Shown: piece by piece, positions 21,540 to 33,200 of the stretch | Layout of the letters: each line of letters opens with the position of its first letter | How positions within the stretch are numbered: position 1 is the first letter of the stretch | Assembly (NCBI RefSeq): GCF_041956535.1 | Contig: NW_027192217.1 | Location: forward strand, 116,196-180,195 | Reading direction: 5' to 3' | Source of the DNA: Calcarisporiella thermophila CBS 279.70 | Lineage: Eukaryota; Fungi; Calcarisporiellomycota | Length of the DNA: 64,000 bases | Program-made: the position numbers and the translations under genes | The notes under the pieces: model-generated | The model's input: the letters and a program-made list of their open reading frames with translations, nothing else | Databases searched by the model: none | Told to the model about the DNA's origin: nothing

Positions 21540-23635
21540 CTATTTCCCAAGGGCCACCGACTTCGAGTGGGCAGGGCTTGGATGCAGGCCGTCAGCGCCC
21601 CCCATCGTCCCCACACTTCCCGTCGACAAGGCCGGCGTGGGCAGTGCGTTGGGCGGGGAGGGCTGTTGCCTGCTAATTTTGCGCGCAACCCTCTGTTTGA
21701 AGAGACTGTATTCCCTGCTGATCTCGTAGGTGGTGACCCACCCGGGGGGCCAAAAGGCATGCAGCTCCTGATATCGATCGCGGCGCACTATCTTTTCCGA
21801 GAGGCGATCATTGATGCCGAGGATTTCGCTAGAGTTAAAACAAAGAGTCAGCATACGCGGCCCAGCATGAACGGAGCTCTGCGACTCACTTCAAGTCGTT
21901 CTTCAGCTGCACAACTTCCATGTCCGTCTGGATGATCCGAAACACCATCTCACGCATCGTCGCATTCCACCGGAATTTGTGCAGCTTCTCCTCGTACTCC
22001 TTGCGCGCCTCGGCCGGATCCACCGCCGCCTCCTCGCTCTCCCCCTGCTGCTCTTGCTGCTGCTGCTGCTGCTGCTGCCGTCGTTCGGCCTGCTCCGCGT
22101 CGTACGCAGCCATTTTCTCCTCGTAATTCTTCAGCTGTCCCTCCATGGCCGCCTCCACGTGGCTCCGCAACTCCGCCATGATTCGCGTCCTCTCTCGCTC
22201 TAGCCCGGATATGATGTCCGGGAGCACGTTTTTGGTAACAAACTTCCTCAGCGTAAAACGGTTGTAGGGGAGGATCTCCATCAGGTGGGAGATGAAGTTG
22301 TCGTCCAGCTTGCGATCTGGCGCTCGGTCAAACACCATGCGTCCGGCCGCCAGCACAATTGGGCGGAGCGCCTTGGGGAATTTGGCCTTGTTGGCGAAGG
22401 ATTCCTTAGCGGCCTCGACGCGCAATAGTTCGAGCTGCGCCTGAATATCGGGTGAGAGCGGCAGCTAGAGCAATCATCACCATCATGAGTGAGACGCACA
22501 TAGTATCGAAGCGGGGAAACGGGGGGGGGGGGTGAGATACTTACCAGTACTCGCTTCTTCTTTTTCTTGGCCGAATGCCCGTCCAAACCATCGCCTCCCG
22601 CCGTCGCAGCGGATCCCTCGAGATGGGCCTCCACCCCCTCCATAGGGCCACCTCCATTGACGGTCTCTCCCCCCGGTGTTAGCGTCATGGCTGCACCCTC
22701 CTCCGTGGTTCCATTGACGCCCTTCTTCTTCGTAGCGGAGGCTGCTTGGGTCGCTGCTTTCTCCGCAGGAGTGGTCTTCACCTTGGGAGCAGCAGGCTTG
22801 CCTGCTCCAGGGGTAGTTTTCTTAGCTCCTGCCGCGGTAGCTCCTGCGGCCTTCTTGCTGGAGGCAACATCGTCTTCGCTCCCTGCGGGTGACCGCTCAA
22901 CTACTTTTCGACGCTTATCCTTCTGAGGGGTTGTGTTATTAGCGCGCGAGCGTTTTGAGGTTGTTTTACGGCCCCGCGGACTCCTATACATCCAATGCAA
23001 ACATTCAACTCTCTGGCGCATTGGAAATGAAGCAAAAGAGAGAAAAGAAAATGCTTACATGTCTATCGGTTGTGTCTCCAAGGGCCCCTTATACACGAAG
23101 AATCCATCTTGTTTGGGGCGCATGTAGCCGAAACCCTCGACCAAGAGGTCGCTATCGTCGATAAAAGGGTCATTGACGTCGTATTCGTCGTCGGCTTCTA
23201 CTCGTCTTTTTCGTTTCTATAGCAAAAGTAATGGATCAGAGGCCAGAAATGGCTCAAACATCCGAACTGGAGTCATGGCCCCAATCCTCAAATTACCACT
23301 GACGCATCTCGCTCCTCCTCAGCATAATGCTCAGCATTGGCCAGCAATCGCTCAAAAAATGCGTCCTCGGAACTCGATTTGAAGGCCTCTGGCCCCTTTT
23401 CTCCTTCCTCCGTAGCCTCTGGCCCATTTTTCTCCTCTGCTTGCTGATCTGAGATTCTGTCTTTCGCTTGTTTATGTGCCATGTGCTCATACATCTCCGC
23501 GTAAGATATGACCACGCCCGGCGATTCTTTGAGCGGAACACTAATGCGAACGGTGGGTTTGTTCGCTGGAGTTGTGGTAGGGGCGGGGTGTGGTTGCATC
23601 ATGGCGGGGTGGGATGGGGATGACGCCATGGCCAT
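21540..23635 (-). CDS. HPC2: HIR complex subunit HPC2/ubinuclein (HUN domain plus ubinuclein middle domain)
   Basis: HUN/HRD motif EYDVNDPFIDDSDLL...DGFFVYKGPL. Middle domain KFPKALRP...SHLMEILPYNRFTLRK and FWPPGWVTT. Multi-exon, with a polyQ tract. Confidence 0.85.
22044..22078. repeat. (CTG/CAG)n polyglutamine-encoding tract in HPC2
   Basis: ctgctgctcttgctgctgctgctgctgctgctgc encodes QQQQQQQQEQQ on the minus strand. Confidence 0.8.
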
Positions 23636-23963
23636 GGTGGGGAGATGCTAATGGCGGTGCAATCAACCGTGAAATCGGGTGGTGTGCAAATTTAGGGGGA
23701 TGAGGCAATTAAATGGTGGTGTAGGTGCAAATATTGAAAAAGTAGATAAGAAAAAGGGATGGGGAGAGGATGGCTAAAGAAAGCAATAGAATCAATGGCA
23801 AGGGTCAATTGGTGATTGGAAGAGTGATTAGGGACGAATGGGTGGGAAATTTTTATTTGTGAGACGTAATGGGAAGATGGGATGAGGGGGCGGTGCAGGT
23901 TGGACTCGCTATTTCAGCTTGTTATTTCGGAAGGGATAGCGAGGAGAGAGAGAAGGGAGGGGG

Positions 23964-24377
23964 NNNNNNNNNNNNNNNNNNNNNNNNNNNNNNNNNNNNN
24001 NNNNNNNNNNNNNNNNNNNNNNNNNNNNNNNNNNNNNNNNNNNNNNNNNNNNNNNNNNNNNNNNNNNNNNNNNNNNNNNNNNNNNNNNNNNNNNNNNNNN
24101 NNNNNNNNNNNNNNNNNNNNNNNNNNNNNNNNNNNNNNNNNNNNNNNNNNNNNNNNNNNNNNNNNNNNNNNNNNNNNNNNNNNNNNNNNNNNNNNNNNNN
24201 NNNNNNNNNNNNNNNNNNNNNNNNNNNNNNNNNNNNNNNNNNNNNNNNNNNNNNNNNNNNNNNNNNNNNNNNNNNNNNNNNNNNNNNNNNNNNNNNNNNN
24301 NNNNNNNNNNNNNNNNNNNNNNNNNNNNNNNNNNNNNNNNNNNNNNNNNNNNNNNNNNNNNNNNNNNNNNNNNNNNN
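23964..24377. other. Assembly gap (N run)
   Basis: Continuous Ns flanked by G runs. Confidence 0.99.
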
Positions 24378-24816
24378 AGGGGGTTGCTGGGGCCCTCTTC
24401 CCTCATCGAAAGCATGTGCGAATTGCCCTTCGAGCGAGTGACGCTTTTTCCGACCGTTCTTCTACTGTAGCTTCCACTCCAATGTCACTGAATACTGTTT
24501 TACAATAGTCGGAATGCTTGTGGCGCAGTGCAGGGTACTCAAATTGACATTTTTTTATTTATATAATGTGATGATAGCTGGGAATGGAGAGGAGAATCAG
24601 AGCAAATGTACCTTAAGAAGCGAGGGAGAGAACAAAAGGGAGAAAGGAAAAAAAAAATAATAGAGACACATAGGAATATGAAGTGCATTGCAGAAAAAAA
24701 AAATAGAGAATTGAACAAATATATAATGTGTATATATACTCTATTAATTAGTGGTGGAGATAATGGGGGCATGGCTCAGAAAAAACGAGGACGAGAGAGA
24801 CATGGCGGCGTAGAGT

Positions 24817-26003
24817 TTAGCGGTCGCGGAAATCTCTTGATAACCGCATCATGCTGTTGCGGACACCGAGAATGCTAAAGGTCTTGTTGCTGCGCTTGAT
24901 TTCGCGCTGGAATGACAGGAAATACATTTTCGGGGGTAGCGACTTGCCAAAGGTCTTGCTCACATGGTTGGAGCAGAGCAGCGCCGAGAAGATCACAAAT
25001 ATGTGAATGGGGACAATGGAGAATGCACACACCCACGTTATAAATAGCCCTTGAGTGGTCCAGGTCTGATATTTGAACTTGCAGCCAGGGAGAAGAGTGC
25101 GAGGGAAGCAACGGCTGCTGCGCTCAGAATAGTCGTCAAATGTTTTGTACCCGCAGCAATGAAGCTATATATGGATTGGGCGGAAGAGAGGTGAGTCTGG
25201 TTAGATACAAGCGGGAGAGGGTTGTCGAAAAAATTCCATACATTAGCCTGTATCCGTTGGCGGTCGCTCGGTGAGAAAACTCTGTGCCATTGAAAGCTCA
25301 ACTTCGCCTCAAGGTTCCACTATCATCCGCAAAGAGAAAATGGCAACGTGATTAGTATCGGCGAAAGTGAATGGAGCCCATATGGCCTACCTTTGCGTTT
25401 CGATAGGCAACATATCCGATGGCAAGAATTAATGAAAAGCATGGCCAGAGCAGCATATTATAGACGGTCAAAATCTTGCGGTTATTCAACAAGATCCCTG
25501 CATATCCAACAAAGGCACTGAACAAACAAAATACTGATGCCGCCGTAAGCACTATAAAAGGATTAATAGGGGGTGAATTCGCTTATAACATAGACAAGCT
25601 GAGGTAAAAAATTGCAATTACAGTTGAGAATAAGCCTTTCTCCCACAATGATGACATCGGCTCTTAAATAGAGCTTGAACCATGTCAATAATGCGCACAC
25701 CACCCCGCCGATGCCGTAAGCAAATAACATGGTGTTGGCGAGCAGGAGCCACCACTTATAACGAGTCCAGCGCTCCGGGCCAGTACGGGGGGCGTCGGGT
25801 AGGCGCTTAACAATATGAAGGCTACCGGCATCGGCCTCGCTTACTGCTAGGGATCCGCGGCTCCAACGGCGCTCGTCATCCATCCAAGGGAGCGTCGGCT
25901 CTTCGAGATCATTAAGAGCATATTCTTGTGACATGGTGGGTGTATATCGCTCCCCTGTGGCGGAATAAGTATGGCCACTATGAAAGGATTCTCGTTCTGC
26001 CAT
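24817..26003 (-). CDS. Tetraspanin, fungal Tsp2-like
   Basis: Four exons. Four TM segments, GYAGILLNNR, large loop IQAN|LHCCGY...CFPRTLLPGCK (CCG motif) and LLCSNHV...FG. Confidence 0.85.
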
Positions 26004-26699
26004 ATTTCTCTTCCACCGGATTAAAGATGCAGGATCGGGATTAGAGAATTGATGAACAAGCGAAAATAAAAAAGCAAATCCACGGGAGAGAGTAATGAAG
26101 AGAAACAGGTACAAACCTCACCCCTATTTGATTTAATTTTGCAACAGTTGGACCAATATTTTTATGATCTAAAAATTCAACCTTATCTTAGTGGTCAGCT
26201 CTTGGCAAATCTCTAATCCGCGAATTATCGGGCTCAAAGTTCCTAAAACTGCCTTTTGTGCTATCTAGCTAGCTAGCGGTAATATTTCCTCCTCTGCCTT
26301 TTGCCTGCCCATTAGCTAGCGTCATGAGGACATTTATGTTGAAACCTCGAGATGGCAGAGCTCGCTAAAATGTTTAGTCATCCCATGCATAGTCTTCTCA
26401 CCCCGTTCATTCTAAATGGCTTCACATTTTTGACACAGGTGTCGCCACGCCACTACAGCTCAATTTAGTATGCTCTTGGAGTGACTGCTTGCACAAACGC
26501 GCTTGATGCCCTGTCCCCCTCAAGCGACGTGCAACCAAATCTCTCCAAGAGCCAACATATAATTCTTCCAACCAGTGTCGTATTTGTATTCTACGCTTCG
26601 CCTTGAGATGGGGTTTGCTAAATTTTTATTATACTGCTATTCAAGCTCGCCCAACTCGTCGGTTTATTGTACTATACACGGTATATTGTATATAGGTGC

Positions 26700-27506
26700 T
26701 CAGCTTTTATCCATATTTTCGCCAAGCCACCTGGTCACCGCTTCGCAAAGTTTGTGCTGCTCCTCTTTGCTATCAAACGAGTGCAGAGCGTCTGGTATTA
26801 CAACAAGATGATGTCTCCTGCCTAAAATACGGTGGTACTCGTACGCGTCCTCCACCGGTATCACCTCGTCCTTGTCCCCATGCACTGTCAGCACACGCGT
26901 TTTCTCCATATCGATTTGCTTCACCACGCTCATATCGATTCGCTTAAAAGCCTCAAGATCCTCCTTGGAAACAACGTATTCCTGGCCATTGCTAAGCTTT
27001 AGCCATTCAAACCTTCCCTGTTCATCAGCAGTACGCAATTGGGTAGGAGTAAAGCGCATCGTCAGGTCGATGTTATGATTGTAACGACCTGCTACAGACA
27101 CCGTGAAATCAATGTCGTTATACTTGGCAGTGTACATTAGTACAACTGCGGCACCACGGGAATGACCTATCACGCCTCTAACATCAAATCCCTGCTTCCT
27201 CATTTCGATGACTGAGGCCCTCAAATTTTCGACTTCGGCATCATATCCAGCATAGCTTGTTGTTCCACCTGAGTCTCCGTTGCCTTGAAAATCAATGGTT
27301 AAAAGGTGGTAAGGCATTGAAGAGACCAAGGCTTGTACTACGGATGAATGACGCTGGGTGCTACAGAGGCCATGGCAGACAATGAAGAGGAAATGATCTT
27401 GGCGGTGCGGTCGTCTGAAGAGAGTGCCGGCGAGAGAAAAATCGTGTTCCGTGAGAGGTATCCGTATGGTTGCCCCATCGGTACTATAGCCTTTCTCGCT
27501 CTCCAT
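26700..27506 (-). CDS. Alpha/beta-fold serine hydrolase
   Basis: Intronless, 268 aa. CHG, DFQGNGDSGG, nucleophile elbow GHSRG, HGDKDEVIP and catalytic His in ALHSF. Confidence 0.88.
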   Translation of the reverse strand: MESEKGYSTDGATIRIPLTEHDFSLAGTLFRRPHRQDHFLFIVCHGLCSTQRHSSVVQALVSSMPYHLLTIDFQGNGDSGGTTSYAGYDAEVENLRASVIEMRKQGFDVRGVIGHSRGAAVVLMYTAKYNDIDFTVSVAGRYNHNIDLTMRFTPTQLRTADEQGRFEWLKLSNGQEYVVSKEDLEAFKRIDMSVVKQIDMEKTRVLTVHGDKDEVIPVEDAYEYHRILGRRHHLVVIPDALHSFDSKEEQHKLCEAVTRWLGENMDKS

Positions 27507-29874
27507 TAAGTAATGGTCGAATTCTACCCGTTTGAATGATTTTTCATCCCAATTTCAGGCCAATGATTTCATTTCAATTTCTCTTTTAGATTTCAGCTTT
27601 TTTCTGAAAACAGATAGCTTCCTAATTTTGTTGAAATAGGACCCTCACATTCATCTTATTCATACGTACAGTAATCAAGTACGATTTATTGCATGTACTC
27701 TTTCAATTAAACCAATTCATCATATTGATTTTAACAAGCCTTTGCGACGCTTTGTTTTCAATGTTTTATTGGCCTAACCATTCGGCCCATTCACAATGAA
27801 TTATCATAATAACCTAGCTAACCTAGGGTCTAAAGAGGTCCAAAGCACGCATTCAAAGTTCTACTAAAAGCTGCTGATTCAATGTAATGATCCAAAAAAT
27901 CCTTGAATCCAACGGGATTTTGTTTGGTTGGTAAATTTTAGGGTAGTTTATGGATCTGTGAAAAGCCCCAAAACCTCATCTGGCCAACGCTCTACTAGGT
28001 TAATTATCCCTGTAGAGAGCTCAAGCTCGCAAGGTTAGATGGCTACAAGAATTATAATTTTAACGCTTGTGCACATATAAATCCGGCTGCTCTCGAAACT
28101 CTTGATTGATATTCTTAGGCAATCGTAAATCAAGGTAAACCATAATTTTGTTTCGAATGGAATGACCTAGAGATTGGGTTGATATTACGCGAAAGCAAGA
28201 TCAAAAATTGAAGCTTACAGATCCTGCATGAAGTATCCTCTCAATAAAAGAGAAGATGCTTATTGCTATTCAGGTTTTCAGGAATTTATTACTAAGCCTA
28301 ATAAGAAATAAATGAGAGTGCTGTCCACAAGAACCAAAACTTATGCTGAATAACCTTGTTCTTCTTTGATAATCTGCAAGGGTGGGCGATCATTTTATTT
28401 ATATATCAAGATTCGTAATAAGAACACAAGTTAGCTTAAGAATTCCATTTTATTTATAAAATCAGTTGATTGCTTTAGGGTTTAATTACCCCCCCCCCTC
28501 TCCACCCCCAAACTCACTCTATCCCTCGGAGATCATTTTCTTCTTTTATTACATTGTGATTTCCGGAATTACCCCTCTTTTAGCGAAGCATACCGACTGC
28601 AGTATCCCTTGTACTTGAACACAGGACTGTGCTAACATCCTTTTGCAATCTAGAATTATGTAAGAGGATCATTTTGCTTAGGGAATGTAGAATACGCAAT
28701 AGAGAAAGGCATCAAAAGGTGGTGTTCATCGAGGGGCAATCGTGGGAAATAAAATTCTTCCGAAAACTCAATACCGCAACGGCATGCTAAATGCTGGGCT
28801 TCACCTATCTCGTCATCACCTTGGCTTTTAAAGGAGAGAGTGATAAAATAATAGGCGCCTCGGGATTTTAAAAATCGGGGCGAAGAAATGGCAGCCAGGC
28901 GTGCGAACATAGAGGTTCGAAATGTTATGAACAGAGCCTCCCTTCAATATCTGAAAGACTTATACTCTTATTATCCATCCATGTATGGCTAAGAGAGCTT
29001 GACTAAATAAAAGGGATAGAAAGAGATATTGGAGTAGGAGGTGGCTTATATTGCCAAATTTGTCTGGCTATGCCTCTGGCACGTCTTATGTATTTAATCG
29101 TGTATAAATCGGGAACAATATTAAGCCTAGTGAGCATATGGTTATTATTATAAAAGAGTATCTAGATTGGATCATAGCTCTAAATATATTGCAAATAAAA
29201 CAGAAAATAAAAATAAAATGACCACGTTTTTTTTTGTTAGGAGGATCTTTATTAAAAAGTATCCTTTTTGTTCTTAATGAAGGATATTGATAGATATCAG
29301 AAAACAAAAAATCCATACAAAATGGGGGGGGGTGTACTGAGAGTGTGCACACCTTTCCTTTTTTTTTTCAAGAAGAGAGGAAATTAGGACACGAGAGGGA
29401 GAAAGAAAGAGAAAAAAAAGGAAAATAAGAATACGGGTAGTAAGGTATTCGTCAAAGTCGTATAGGAGCTAAGTGTTTTGGATGAAGGATATTTCGTCTC
29501 CTTGGGACTTTTATCCATTTCCTTAACACCAAAGCTCTTGGAAGCCTTCTTTTTTATTTTTTGTAGACGCGGACCATCATTTGGAACTTACGATTTTTTG
29601 CATCTTGTGTCCTAATTGTTCAGTGAACGCTATTTTGCTTGGTTGGGTAAAAATGGTCGGATTTTTTTTTCCCTCTAAGGACGCGAGAACTTGCGTCCCG
29701 TGGTTTATATAAACTATATTATACGTGTAAGGGAGACTTTCGAACAAGATTATAAAGTATTAGAAAACAAGTGATATAGCTTACGGGTTAAATGGCCGCG
29801 AGCGGCGAAGGGGAGAATTAATAAAAATATCATATATTATGCATCTAAGCTTTGATAGTTCATCACGTGATGCA

Positions 29875-29958
29875 GGTGATATGGTCGAGCGGTCTAAGAC
29901 GTTAGACTCAAGTTCTAATCTGCGTAAGCAGGCGTGGGTTCGAATCCCACTGTCACCA
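29875..29958 (+). tRNA. tRNA-Leu(CAA)
   Basis: Acceptor stem GGTGATA/TGTCACC, D arm TGGTCGAGCGGTCTAAGAC, anticodon stem TTAGA/TCTAA around CTCAAGT, long variable arm, T loop GGTTCGAATCC, downstream T run. Confidence 0.95.
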
Positions 29959-30246
29959 CACTTTTTATTTTTATTTTAGTGATCATGGGTATAACCAAGC
30001 TCCTTTTTCACATCAGAAGAATTTCTTAGTGATGCTAGTTTTATCAGTGATCATCAATTGATCAATGGATGGAATACCTTGTATTCATGCCGCAGCACCA
30101 CTGGCAATTCAACGTCATATCTCGTGCGGAGAGATTTATCAATTGTCACTTGGCTGTGCAAGTGGCACTAACTCGTATTTTGTTCGATATAAAAAAGGTG
30201 GCGGTTATTTGCTCTCAATTAATCAATCGTCAATTAGTCATCGAAG

Positions 30247-33200
30247 ATGGAGGGAAGGCAATTATCTTATACTGAGGCGGAGCGGATGCGTGCGATGGGA
30301 ACATCTGCCGCATCCAGTTCCGTCAATCACACACAAGCGTGGTCACAACGGCTGAACAATCGTAGGATGCCGCCAAGATCGTACGGAGGTAAAGCCATTT
30401 CTTTGATGTGAATTTTATTGCAATACAGAATGGGCATGGATTTCTGAAAATATCGATCATCTAATCCCTTGGTATTCCTGATGTTCCCTCGTAATTAGCA
30501 AATATTCGTCCCGAGCATTCCAATTATGCCCCACTCTCTGGAGGAGTCATGAAAAGATATCCTGCTTATGACACACACCCTTCAAGACATTTTCCTCATC
30601 CGCCTCCACCACCGCATCATGCACCAAAAGATCCTTACATACCGCCACTTTCACCGAATTCTCAACAACCCATGCCTATGATGAGACCCCAACATCCACC
30701 CATTGGGAGAACTTTTTCGCCACAGGTGGAGAAAATGCCGGGGATCTACCATCAAACTCGCAATCGTGGTAAGTAGATGTATTGTTCTTGCTTTTGAAAC
30801 AAACGAATGACCACTTTTGCGTTTAGCTTCTTCGGACATCGTGTATTTCGATCGAGCTGAGTTAAGTTCGCATCCCATGCCGGAATCTTCCAATTTCGCT
30901 GAAAACCATCCTTCGTTGAAAAAACATCCACCCGTTGAAAAACCTTTGCCATCTCCAATGGCCGCTGGTCGAACACATTACGATACAAATTTCCCCCTAT
31001 CTGATGATATGAGAGGACAGATGGGCCGTGCTAGAGGTGGTATAGATTTAATAAATTCATTTCAGCATGTATTAAAATTTTCTTTGCTTTTTTTTTTATT
31101 TTACCATGTATTCAGCTCCTTCACAATCTAGCCAACGGTCTCTCCCAATCACACCTCAAGAGATTGTACGTAGCAATTCAAACGCTCGCACGCCTCTTAT
31201 CGATCCTTCGGCGACCCGTCCCACTGAGGTTCAAGCTATTATCCACAAGCCCCCAATGCAGGAAGAAAAAGAAGAGGAGAGTGAGGTTGAAGTACCGGAG
31301 TCGATCACAAAAATGCCCCCTCCCAACATCTATCCTGCGTTGCTCTCCCGCGTTGCAATGGCGTTTAAAGAGAGGATTTCGCTTAATACACGGGTCAAAG
31401 ATTCGATTGAGTACAAAGATTGTTTTGATGGTCGAGAGACGGTTGTAAGTAGATAGTTCAGCATGGAACACGTTTATTGGAGGGGGGAAATTGGAAGTGC
31501 ATACTGAACGGTTTTTTATCTGCTCTGCGAATCTCGTTTAGGATCTGCTTGCTCATATCATTCGCACTTCTGATCGTAACCTTGCCCTCCTGGTTGGCTG
31601 CGCACTTGAGTCTCAAAAACTTTTTCACGACGTTACGTACGACCATCGATTGCGCGATAGCCCGCACGAACTGTACCGATTTCGTGAATGCATTCCACTA
31701 ATGTCTCCTGCCGAGGCTTCGGAAACTTTTTCTCCAGGATCTGATAGTCCCCCTATCTCTCCGACCTCATCCCATGCATATTTTGGCCGAAGAGATGTGC
31801 TGGGTGTGGCACCTCCAGATGAGGAGGACGCTGTACCAACTGGTGTGTTTACACTGCTTACAAGATGTTATTCACCCACCTGCACCAAGGATCGATTATG
31901 CTACAGTTTAGCTTGTCCACGGAGACTGGAACAGGTAGTGTATCTATTTATTATTAAATGAATCAGTTTCGATCTTAAATTAAGAGTCTTTTTTTTTTGC
32001 ATCTGTAGCAAGCACGATTGCTCCTGACTTCAAGTGGAGGGTTGAGTCGGACTACGACTAAGGATTCGAGCCAGGAACTACATGTATGTTTCTTCGTTTT
32101 GGTTAACAGAGCAGCGGAGGAAAATAACCAAACTATTATATCTATTCTTTCTTTCAAGGATGACTCGGAGCGATTATGGATTAACTCTGTACCCAAAGAG
32201 GTTGCTGACTCTGTATCATCCGACGAGCGTAAACGACAAGATGTCATATACGAACTGATATATACTGAAAAAGATTTCGTATCAGATTTGGAATACGTCT
32301 ATAACGTAAAGCCACTTTTCTCAGAAATACTTATTCAACGGGGAGCTTACCTTTCTTGTCGCATTTGAATTAGAATTGGATTGTACCTCTTCGCACAAGT
32401 AGTGTGATTCCGGAACAACGGCGCGAGAAATTCATACAAGATGTCTTCTATAACATGATGGAGGTGCACTCGGTCAATTCGCAAATGAGCGCTGCACTTC
32501 AGAAACGGCAGCAGGCCTATGCCATTGTCGATCAGATCGGGGATATACTTGCGGAATATACTGCTCTATTTGAGCCATTTGTCACTTATGGTGCTCATCA
32601 GATCGTAAGTCGCTTTGTTTTTGAAAAGGAAAAGAGCTTAAATCCACAGTTTGCCGAGTTCGTGACGGAGGTGGAGAGGAAGCCAGAATCTCGCAAATTG
32701 GAGTTGAATGGGTATCTGACCAAACCAACCACCCGACTTGGGAGGTATAACCTGCTCTTGGAACGCATCGCAAAGTACACGCCAGAGGGGCACCCGGACA
32801 AAGTGATGATTCCTCAGACTATGGAGGTTATATCCGGATTTCTGAAGCGGGTCAACATTGAGGCTGGGAAGACAGAAAATCGCTTTAACTTGGAACAACT
32901 TCACGAAAACATATCTTTCAAGAGCGGCATGGAATATGTGCGTAGCGCTTTTGTTCTGAATTCTAGAGTCTAGTGTTAATCTTCTTTCATTAGAATCTTC
33001 GTCTCCTTGACGAGGGACGCGAACTGATCATGAAAGGCACGTTCAGCCGTAAGGGGTCGTCCAGCGACCAGTCTTCGGAAATCACTGTGTTCCTCTTCGA
33101 TCACATGATACTCTTCACGAAAGTCAAGTATATGGGGAAGCTGGAGCATCATAAAGTCACAAAATCGGTATTGCTTTTTTATCCTCCTCCTCTACTCTCG

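Noticed and set aside
23869-24508. ORFs spanning the N run
   Set aside because: Artefacts of translating the assembly gap.
26320-26610. Possible small spliced + strand gene
   Set aside because: All frames after the putative acceptor stop quickly; no recognisable product.
28602-28612. GTATCCCT as a possible U12-type donor
   Set aside because: Deviates from GTATCCTT, has a U2-type branch point and no host gene. No U12 introns were recognised in the annotated genes.
28660-28680. GGATCATTT resembling U3 snoRNA box A
   Set aside because: No box A', B, C or D context found; too short.
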